A stretch of 54,991 nucleotides of DNA, taken from positions 1-54,991 of the forward strand of contig JAZRQR010000067.1 in the NCBI GenBank assembly GCA_045650025.1. The letters are read 5' to 3'. The DNA comes from Eubacteriales bacterium. GTDB lineage: Bacteria > Bacillota > Clostridia > Oscillospirales > CAG-272. Positions 45,181 to 52,944 of the stretch are shown one piece after another. Each line of letters opens with the position of its first letter. The first letter of the stretch is position 1. The notes below the pieces were generated by a model. The model did no database searches. It saw only the letters and a program-made list of their open reading frames with translations, and had not been told where the DNA came from. The position numbers and the translations under genes are program-made.

Positions 45181-45669
45181 GCCGACCCGACGCGAACCCA
45201 TTTCGTGCGCAACGCGCACGATCGGGTTCGCATTTGCCGCGAAGCCGTCGGAAAGCGACTCGCGCAGCGAGGCATTTTCCAGCGGCAAGCGTGCAAATAT
45301 TCGCCGTAGGCGAAATTCCCGTGCTTTTTGTGTTGCTGCCCCATACGAGGAATCTCACCCGGCGAGTCGAGCCGTAGGCTCGCCTCGCTGGGTTCGCATT
45401 CGCCGCTCGTAGATCGGAGAGCGACTCGCGCAGCGAGGCATTCTCCAGGCGGAGAGCGCGCGAATTCTCGCCAACGGCGAGATTCCCGTGTTTATTTGGC
45501 AGGCACCTCGAATGAGGTGCCTGTTCTTTTTCTGTCGACCCGACGCGAACCCATTTCGTGCGCAAAGCGCACGATTGGGTTCGCATTTGCCGCGAAGCCG
45601 TCTGGGAGCTTGCTCACAAGCGGCAAGCGTTCAAATATTCGCCGTAGGCGAAATTCCCGTACGGGTCAC
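45181..45669 (+). repeat. Tandem array of three structured units, each a tRNA T-arm split by a multi-hairpin insert, ending in a 17-bp duplicate of the tRNA 3' end
   Basis: GGGTTCG-[insert]-ATTCCCGT at 45224-45322, 45390-45489 and 45577-45660. ATTCCCGTACGGGTCAC at 45653-45669 equals 45121-45137. Confidence 0.85.
45500..45531 (+). terminator. Terminator-like hairpin inside the repeat array
   Basis: CAGGCACCTC-GAAT-GAGGTGCCTG followed by TTCTTTTT. Same 3' flank as the post-tRNA terminator. Confidence 0.65.
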
Positions 45670-45762
45670 GGCAGGGACAAGGTTGCTTCCCACAGAATAA
45701 AATCCACACTCCACGGGAGCCCTCGCTCCCCTTTTTCTTTCACATTTTTTACAAAATCCCGC

Positions 45763-45791
45763 TTGCATTTTTCGCTTTGTTCAGTTATAAT
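45763..45791 (+). promoter_or_regulatory. Sigma-A promoter for the GH106 gene
   Basis: TTGCAT-17nt-TATAAT, preceded by a small hairpin plus T-tract at 45715-45740. Confidence 0.65.
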
Positions 45792-45850
45792 AAATACAAC
45801 ACCATCCCCTAATCACCACCCCGCGCAGGCGCGGAGAACAGGAGACGCAT

Positions 45851-48800
45851 ATGATTTACGAAAAGAACACAAAGCAACCCAAGCTGGATAAAGCCCTTTT
45901 CCAAAACCCGACTGCGGAATACCGCGGCACGCCATTCTGGGCATGGAACTGCGAGCTGGAAAAGGACGAGCTACTGCGCCAGATCGACATTTTTAAACAG
46001 ATGGGTCTGGGCGGCTTCCATATGCATTGCCGTGCAGGCATGTCCACCACATATCTTTCGGACGAATTTATGGACTTGGTCAAGGCGTGCACCGATCACG
46101 CCGAGAAAAACGAGATGCTTTCCTGGCTGTATGACGAGGACAAGTGGCCCTCCGGCTTTGCAGGCGGCTACGTGACCAAGAACCCCGCCTTCCGCCAAAG
46201 ATTCCTTGCCTTTACCTGCAATCCCGGCTACGTTACAACCGAGCACTCGGTTTTGATTGGCAAATTTGACGTGGTGCTGGGCAAGGACAAGTGCTTGAAA
46301 TCCTACCGCAAGGTGCAGGACGGTGACCCCATTGAGGGCACACTGTGGACGGTATGGCGTGAGATCTCCGGCAACTCCCCTTGGTACAACAACCAATCCT
46401 ACGTAGACACGCTCAATAAGGCTGCCATTGAAAAGTTTATTGAAGTGACGCACGAGCGTTACTACCAAGCCGTTGGCGACCGCTTTGGCACAGTAGTGCC
46501 CGCCATCTTTACCGACGAGCCGCAGTTCATGCGCAAGGGCACGCTTGCCTTTGCCGACAGCAAGCAGACCGTGCACCTGCCCTGGACTGATGACCTGGAG
46601 GACACCTTCCGCGCGGCATACGGTGAATCGCTGGTGGATCACTTGCCCGAGCTGCTGTGGGATCTGCCGGGCGGCGAGGTTTCCCTGACCCGCTACCACT
46701 ACCACGACCACGTTTCCGACCGCTTTGCCAAGGCGTTTGCCGACACCTGCGGCGACTGGTGTGACGCGCACGGCATTGCGCTGACCGGCCACATGATGGA
46801 AGAACCCACGTTGCACTCGCAGACCGCCGCCATTGGCGACTGCATGCGCTCCTACCGCGGCTTTGGCATTCCCGGTATTGATATGCTTTGCGCATCCTTT
46901 GAGTTCACCACCGCCAAGCAGTGTCAATCCGCCGTACACCAATACGGCAAGCCCGGCATGATGAGCGAGCTTTACGGTGTGACCGGCTGGGATTTCGACT
47001 TCCGCGGCCACAAGCTGCACGGTGACTGGCAGGCAGCACTGGGCGTGACCGTGCGTGTCCACCACCTTTCCTGGGTCTCCATGAAGGGCACGGCAAAGCG
47101 CGACTACCCCGCATCCATGTCCTATCAGTCCTCCTGGTACAAGCAGTACGCATACGTGGAGGATCACTTTGGCAGAGTGAACACCGCGCTTACCCGCGGC
47201 ACGCCGCTTGTTAAGGTGGGCGTGGTGCATCCCGTAGAGAGCTATTGGCTGCATTGGGGCCCCAACGAGCAGACCCAGCTGATCCGCGACAAGCTGGACG
47301 GCAACTTTATGAACGTGACCGACTGGCTGCTGCGCGGCAACATTGACTTCAACTACATCTGCGAATCCACCCTGCCCGATCTGTGTCCCGCAGGCGGCGC
47401 TCCCCTGCAGGTAGGCAAGATGGCTTACGACGTGGTCATCGTGCCCGAATGCGAGACGCTGCGCTCGACCACGCTGGATCGCCTGGAGGCATTCCTGGAC
47501 GCAGGCGGCAAGCTGGTATTTATGGGAGACGCGCCCAAGTACGAGGACGCCAAGACCTCGGAACGCGGCAAGGCACTCTTTGCACGCGCAAAGCAGATCG
47601 CTTTCTCGCGCGGCGCGCTGCTGGAAGAGCTGTACGACGACCGCACGGTGGAGATCCGCGAGTTTTCGGGTGCTTACACCACCAACCTGATCCACCAGAT
47701 CAGACGTGATACCGACGGTCTTTGGCTGTTTATCTCGCACGCAAACGAGCCCTACAACAAGCATATTTCCCGCTCGCAGGGCATTCACGTTTACGTCAAG
47801 GGCAAATACAAGGCGCAGCTGTGGGATACCATCACGGGCGAGATCAAGCCTGTGCGCTACAGCAACCGCTCGGGCGGCAAGACGCACATCATTATGAATC
47901 TGCACGATTACGACTCCGCGTTGCTTTATCTGGAGGACACCGACGAGGACGCAGGCTACGAGCCCGAGGCTGCCGCTGCACCCATGCCCATTGGCATTCA
48001 GCGCATGACTGTTGGCTATGATGCCTGGGCGGAGCAAAACGCAGCACCCGATCCCGTTGCCAACATTCCCTACACCGTGCCCTACTCGCTCTCCGAGCCC
48101 AACGCCCTGCTGCTTGACATGGCGAAATACGCGCTGGATGACGAGCCGCTCTCGGCTACCGAGGAGATTTTGCGCATTGACGCCGCCGTGCGCCGCCGTC
48201 TCGGCTTCCCTGCCGGCAAGGCACAGCCCTGGGTCATTCCCGCAAAGCCCGCAGAGCATACCGTGACGCTGGAATACACCATCTACAGCGAAATTGATTA
48301 CGCGAACCCCTACCTTGCGCTGGAGGACGCGGATATTGCCACCATCCTCTGGAACGGCTCACCCGTCAAAGCACAGCCCGAGGGCTATTACGTGGATAAA
48401 TCCATTCAAAAGGTGGCGCTTCCCGCACTTTGCAAGGGCGAGAACGTGCTGCGCGTGACCATTCCGTTTGCAGAGCGCTCCAATTGCGAGGCAATGTACC
48501 TGCTGGGTGCGTTTGGCGTGCGCGTGACCGGCAAGCTGTTGACCGTGACCGCCCTGCCCGAAACGCTCGGATTCTCCGATCTGACCTACCAGGGTCTGCC
48601 CTTCTACGGCGGCGAGGTCACCTATAAGATCCCCGTTTCCTGCGATACGGACTGGAACGCCGTGATCAAGGTGCCGCACTTTGACGCCGTGGTCAACTCG
48701 GTAGAGGTGGACGGCGAGCAACGCGCCGTGGTAGCTTACCCGCCTTACGTTGCCGATCTTGGCACACTATGCGCAGGCGCACACACCATTGGCCTGACTA

Positions 48801-48964
48801 CCTACATCTCGCGCCGCAACTGCTTTGGAGACGTGCACAACGCCGACGAAAAGCACCGCTGGCAGGGGCCTGTCGCTTGGGTAACCTCGGGGGATGCCTG
48901 GACATACGAATACCGTCTGCGCCGCACCGGTATTCTCACCACACCCGAGATCTATAGAAAGTAA
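45851..48964 (+). CDS. Glycoside hydrolase, GH106 (alpha-L-rhamnosidase)-like, cytoplasmic
   Basis: 1037 aa, no signal peptide. Motifs RGTPFWAWN, WLYDEDKWPSGFAGG, IFTDEPQ, PGIDML, MSELYG, AKRDYP. Confidence 0.8.
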   Translation: MIYEKNTKQPKLDKALFQNPTAEYRGTPFWAWNCELEKDELLRQIDIFKQMGLGGFHMHCRAGMSTTYLSDEFMDLVKACTDHAEKNEMLSWLYDEDKWPSGFAGGYVTKNPAFRQRFLAFTCNPGYVTTEHSVLIGKFDVVLGKDKCLKSYRKVQDGDPIEGTLWTVWREISGNSPWYNNQSYVDTLNKAAIEKFIEVTHERYYQAVGDRFGTVVPAIFTDEPQFMRKGTLAFADSKQTVHLPWTDDLEDTFRAAYGESLVDHLPELLWDLPGGEVSLTRYHYHDHVSDRFAKAFADTCGDWCDAHGIALTGHMMEEPTLHSQTAAIGDCMRSYRGFGIPGIDMLCASFEFTTAKQCQSAVHQYGKPGMMSELYGVTGWDFDFRGHKLHGDWQAALGVTVRVHHLSWVSMKGTAKRDYPASMSYQSSWYKQYAYVEDHFGRVNTALTRGTPLVKVGVVHPVESYWLHWGPNEQTQLIRDKLDGNFMNVTDWLLRGNIDFNYICESTLPDLCPAGGAPLQVGKMAYDVVIVPECETLRSTTLDRLEAFLDAGGKLVFMGDAPKYEDAKTSERGKALFARAKQIAFSRGALLEELYDDRTVEIREFSGAYTTNLIHQIRRDTDGLWLFISHANEPYNKHISRSQGIHVYVKGKYKAQLWDTITGEIKPVRYSNRSGGKTHIIMNLHDYDSALLYLEDTDEDAGYEPEAAAAPMPIGIQRMTVGYDAWAEQNAAPDPVANIPYTVPYSLSEPNALLLDMAKYALDDEPLSATEEILRIDAAVRRRLGFPAGKAQPWVIPAKPAEHTVTLEYTIYSEIDYANPYLALEDADIATILWNGSPVKAQPEGYYVDKSIQKVALPALCKGENVLRVTIPFAERSNCEAMYLLGAFGVRVTGKLLTVTALPETLGFSDLTYQGLPFYGGEVTYKIPVSCDTDWNAVIKVPHFDAVVNSVEVDGEQRAVVAYPPYVADLGTLCAGAHTIGLTTYISRRNCFGDVHNADEKHRWQGPVAWVTSGDAWTYEYRLRRTGILTTPEIYRK

Positions 48965-48976
48965 GCCTGACACTTC

Positions 48977-49006
48977 AAGGGGATGACACTTTTGTCATCC
49001 CCTTTT
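48977..49006 (+). terminator. Intrinsic terminator
   Basis: AAGGGGATGACA-CTTT-TGTCATCCCCTT-TT. Confidence 0.8.
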
Positions 49007-49071
49007 GCACTGTTTTTTGTACAAATACACCTCTTCGATTTTATGCACAATGCCGAAAAACCGCAGCGCCC

Positions 49072-49100
49072 TTGACGCACGGCATATTATATGGTAAAAT
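49072..49100 (+). promoter_or_regulatory. Putative sigma-A promoter
   Basis: TTGACG-17nt-TAAAAT with TGn. Confidence 0.55.
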
Positions 49101-49136
49101 AAGAAGATTGAAAAATTAAAACATGAGGTATCACAC

Positions 49137-52100
49137 ATGAAAAAATCACTGATCACCGCTCTGTCGATTTTGCTGCTGTGCTCCATGCTGCTCGGTACGC
49201 TGGCTGCATGCAAGGACAGACCGCAGGACGACCCTGAGCAATCCACCCAGGACGAGACCACCGCGCCCGAGGACGAAAAGGCTCCCGTACGCGAATCCAT
49301 TCTGACCGGTGCTTATGCCGATCTGGTGGAAAACGCAAAGTGGTTGGAAAACGGCGTGAACGCCTACTTTACCAACTCCGTGCGCAGCGCGTACGCCATC
49401 GAAAACCAAAGCATGAAGCTCTACTACAACTTTAACCCCGAGCAGCCGCAGCTGGTCACCTCGCTGACCACGCCCGGCGGTAAGGCATATCTGAGTGACA
49501 CCATGGACGTTTACGTCAAGATGGAAGACGGCAGCACCTACTATGCGTCCGGCAGCTCCGCCCCCGGAACCGCCAACATTTACCGTCTTGGCTATTACTA
49601 CTACGACGTGCATCTTGCCGACCAGAACTTTATCAATTCGGTCAAGGTGACCAAGGATCGCACGCTTAACCTTTCGGGCTTGAAGAAGGGACACGATATG
49701 ACCGATCCCGTCGTGACCGACGGCATCCTCACCTCCACCATTCTCAGCTCCGCAGACGCGTATATCTACGGTAACCTTAAGTTCAATACCAACGAAGCGG
49801 ATAATCTGCAGGTGACCATGCGTACCACCGGCGTTTCCGAGATCCAGCTGTACCTCAAGATCGGCGCAGACGAATACTCCGACGCACGCTGGGTCAGAGC
49901 CGCTGTGACAAACGACGGTGACTGGCACACCTACACCTTCCCGCTCAATAATTCCACCGTGACCGATTATTCCGGCATCGTCAACGCCATCCGCCTTGAC
50001 TTCGTTGGTGCTTCCGGTCACCAGATCGAGATCAAGGAAATCAAGGTCAACAAGACCCAGACCGATAACGCGCCTCCCCTTTATCTGGACAGAACCCTGC
50101 ACGTATATTCCGACAAGCTTAATCACGTTGTCCGCATTTGTGCAGAATCCGACACCGACGGCATTGCCGAGATCGGTCAGATCACCGAGCTGGCAGCCGA
50201 TACCGTTAACGCACTGATCGTCAAGGACGCAAACGGCGAGCACACCACGCTGGACGGCGTGGATTGGGCAACTGCCGAGTATATTGCCTTTGACATCCAG
50301 AACGTAGGCGTATTCGGTTACATTCTGCTCAAGGATGCTTCCAGCGGCAGCATGACCGTTACCCTGGAGGATGGCAAGTACAAGATCGTACAGTTCACCA
50401 CTCCCAAGGACGGCACCATTCTCGCGCCCGTCAACAGCACCGCTAACGATTTCTACATGGGTCAGCGCATCTACACCGACCTGAACCATGATTTTGAAGC
50501 ATTCCGCAAGGCAGCATACGAGGAGCGCAATCCCCTCGCTCCCGAGAACATCAAGGTTGACGCCAAGGTAGCACCTCTTGCTTCCTACGTTGGCTACAAC
50601 GCCATTCGCGGCGCATACGAGTTCCACATGGAGGCGCAGAGCAGCTTTAACGTGCCCTACTACGAATCCTGGAACAAGCACTACAACATGGCATTTGAAA
50701 TTACGGGCGATGACCGTGACCGCAACATCTACGTGATGACCTATGCACACGGCACCTGCATTGAAAGCGGCGTGCTGCTGGGCGAGAGTGACATGCTGCT
50801 GCCCGTTTCGCTGGAGGTTTGTAAGAACTTCACCCACGAAAAGGAAGAGCCCCTTTTCGACTGCGGTGACGACGCATATAGCGAGACTTACTTCCCCATG
50901 ACCCTTAAGGCAGGTAAAACCGAGCGCTACACCGTTCTGAACCTGTATCAGAACTGGGGTAACTTCCCGCTCAAGCAGATCTCCTCGATCCAGTTCTTCT
51001 CCCCCTACTATCACCTTTCTACCGGTGTCAGCGAATCCAACTGCATCGCTCCCTATTACGTTTACAATAAGGACCTTTACACGCTGCCCGACCACCGCGC
51101 TATGTCCGCTCCCTTGTGGAGTGAGATGGCAAATCCCATCAACGGTAAGCAGCCCCAGCATACCAACGGCGGTCAGCACTACTGGCTGCAGTACACTACC
51201 TCCGACGGTCAGTACTACGCCTCGGATAATATGCAAAACATCATCAACTCCTACGGCCCGACCTACGCTGACATTGATATGACCTACCTTTCCGACGACG
51301 GCAACATCAAGGTCACTTACAACCACATGGAAATGCCGCAGACCGATGAAAACCGCACCTACTATCAGATCAGCTACGAGGTGCTGGGCGACGTTTCGAT
51401 CAAAGACTTCAAGCGCGACTTTTCCTTCTACTCGGTGCGCGGTCTGAGCGGTGACTACGGACTCATCGGCTATCTGGATGCAAGTAACAATTCCGTTATG
51501 ACCAACAACGTAGCCGACGGCAATACCGCCTACTACACGCTTGGCAACACGTTCCCCTACTTTGATATGTGTCAGATGATCGCAGGCACCGTCAACGACT
51601 ACGTTAACGTTTCTATGATCATTGCAGATGCGCAGTTCACCATTAACGGTCAAAAGGTCAACGCCCCCTTCGTAGTCAAGAACGAATACCTGGCAGCTTA
51701 CCTGACGCTGGATCTTGGCGAGGTTACCTTGAAGAAGGGTGACACCTTTACCATCAACGCAATCATCATGCCTTGGGGCTCTCAGGAGACCGACTACAAG
51801 GCAAAGCATCCCGACCAGAACGTACTGGACGTTCGCCAGAACTCGATCATTGACCCCTTGAAGGTTGACGTGGCAGTTGGCGAAAACATCAGCTCGATCT
51901 TCCTGCCCCAGATCAAGGCGCAGAACGATACCGCAGAATTCACGCTCAGCGGCGGTGAAAACAACATTTCCCTGCGCGTATACGGCTTCTCCACCCTCAC
52001 CGTTCCCAAGATCTACGAAAAGATCAACGGCGAATGGGTCGAATACAAGGTCAACTCGATGGGTAACCCCGATGATCGCGGCTACCAGCACTACTACGAC

Positions 52101-52829
52101 GGCTACATGGTACATTACGACGGTGACGGCACCTTCTCTTACTCCTTCGTCGTCAACATGACCGATAAGGCACGCACCTTTAAGGTAGAGCTTGACAAGG
52201 AATTTAACGGCTGGCCCGCAGATCCCGATCCCTCCACCGCGCTGCCCCCCGAGCCTGAGCACCCCCTCAACCTTTACTTCACTCCCGCAGACCTGGTAGC
52301 ACAGAATGCAACCGCTGCAGGCTTTGGCAGCATGGAAGTTTCCGCTGATGGCTCTTACCTGCGCCTGACCGGTAACGGTGAAGCAGGCGAGGCTTACTTC
52401 ACGGTATTTACTGGTAACAGCGAGGTCACCGGTCAGTACGCGGTTGTTCGCTACCGTACCAGCACCGCAGACGAATCCAAGTTTGGCAACATTGAGGTGT
52501 TCTCCGGCACGACTACCTCCGCTCCTACCGGTCAGAATGACTACGCGTTTACGCCCGGTATCATTGAGGACGGTGAATGGCACGTTATGGTATTTGACCT
52601 GGCAGCCTTCAACCTCGCTTCCTTCACCCCCGCAGCCGATGGCACCTACACCGCGCGCTTCCTGCGCCTGGATGCCCTTGGCAAGGTAACCGAGCCTACC
52701 ACCTACATGGACATCGCTTACGTTGGCTTCTCCGAATCTCTGGACGAGATCAAGGAGATCAACCAGGATATTGACAGCATCCAGCTGGCAACCGGCGTTG
52801 GTAAGGTAGAGCTGATTCCCACCAAATAA
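49137..52829 (+). CDS. Large hypothetical lipoprotein with two CBM-like modules
   Basis: 1230 aa, lipobox LAAC, GAGG RBS, beta-rich and aromatic-rich. Two DGxWH...RLD modules. No catalytic motif I can name. Confidence 0.85.
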   Translation: MKKSLITALSILLLCSMLLGTLAACKDRPQDDPEQSTQDETTAPEDEKAPVRESILTGAYADLVENAKWLENGVNAYFTNSVRSAYAIENQSMKLYYNFNPEQPQLVTSLTTPGGKAYLSDTMDVYVKMEDGSTYYASGSSAPGTANIYRLGYYYYDVHLADQNFINSVKVTKDRTLNLSGLKKGHDMTDPVVTDGILTSTILSSADAYIYGNLKFNTNEADNLQVTMRTTGVSEIQLYLKIGADEYSDARWVRAAVTNDGDWHTYTFPLNNSTVTDYSGIVNAIRLDFVGASGHQIEIKEIKVNKTQTDNAPPLYLDRTLHVYSDKLNHVVRICAESDTDGIAEIGQITELAADTVNALIVKDANGEHTTLDGVDWATAEYIAFDIQNVGVFGYILLKDASSGSMTVTLEDGKYKIVQFTTPKDGTILAPVNSTANDFYMGQRIYTDLNHDFEAFRKAAYEERNPLAPENIKVDAKVAPLASYVGYNAIRGAYEFHMEAQSSFNVPYYESWNKHYNMAFEITGDDRDRNIYVMTYAHGTCIESGVLLGESDMLLPVSLEVCKNFTHEKEEPLFDCGDDAYSETYFPMTLKAGKTERYTVLNLYQNWGNFPLKQISSIQFFSPYYHLSTGVSESNCIAPYYVYNKDLYTLPDHRAMSAPLWSEMANPINGKQPQHTNGGQHYWLQYTTSDGQYYASDNMQNIINSYGPTYADIDMTYLSDDGNIKVTYNHMEMPQTDENRTYYQISYEVLGDVSIKDFKRDFSFYSVRGLSGDYGLIGYLDASNNSVMTNNVADGNTAYYTLGNTFPYFDMCQMIAGTVNDYVNVSMIIADAQFTINGQKVNAPFVVKNEYLAAYLTLDLGEVTLKKGDTFTINAIIMPWGSQETDYKAKHPDQNVLDVRQNSIIDPLKVDVAVGENISSIFLPQIKAQNDTAEFTLSGGENNISLRVYGFSTLTVPKIYEKINGEWVEYKVNSMGNPDDRGYQHYYDGYMVHYDGDGTFSYSFVVNMTDKARTFKVELDKEFNGWPADPDPSTALPPEPEHPLNLYFTPADLVAQNATAAGFGSMEVSADGSYLRLTGNGEAGEAYFTVFTGNSEVTGQYAVVRYRTSTADESKFGNIEVFSGTTTSAPTGQNDYAFTPGIIEDGEWHVMVFDLAAFNLASFTPAADGTYTARFLRLDALGKVTEPTTYMDIAYVGFSESLDEIKEINQDIDSIQLATGVGKVELIPTK

Positions 52830-52835
52830 TATTTT

Positions 52836-52866
52836 AAGGGCATTCGGCGTCAGCCGAATGCCCTTT
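52836..52866 (+). terminator. Intrinsic terminator
   Basis: AAGGGCATTCGGC-GTCA-GCCGAATGCCCTT followed by TGCTTT. Confidence 0.75.
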
Positions 52867-52879
52867 GCTTTGCAATCTC

Positions 52880-52908
52880 TTGACGCGCGCGCGTATTTAT
52901 GATACAAT
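52880..52908 (+). promoter_or_regulatory. Putative sigma-A promoter
   Basis: TTGACG-17nt-TACAAT with TGn. Confidence 0.55.
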
Positions 52909-52944
52909 ACAGGCAAAAGAAACCTATGAAAGGCAGATACCGAT

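Noticed and set aside
45231-45652. Reading the inserts as group I/II introns in extra tRNA genes
   Set aside because: Inserts are only 69-85 nt with no catalytic core motifs, and the units lack the D-arm, anticodon arm and 5' acceptor strand.
45181-45669. Reading the tRNA-downstream repeats as a CRISPR array
   Set aside because: Units are long (~170-190 nt), internally conserved and unevenly diverged. There are no unique equal-length spacers and no cas genes.
44964-45891. Short ORFs overlapping the tRNA and repeat array (e.g. 44964..45377, 45134..45586, 45328..45891)
   Set aside because: They overlap a tRNA and terminators, lack an RBS, and are Arg/Ser/Ala-rich translations of GC-rich palindromes.
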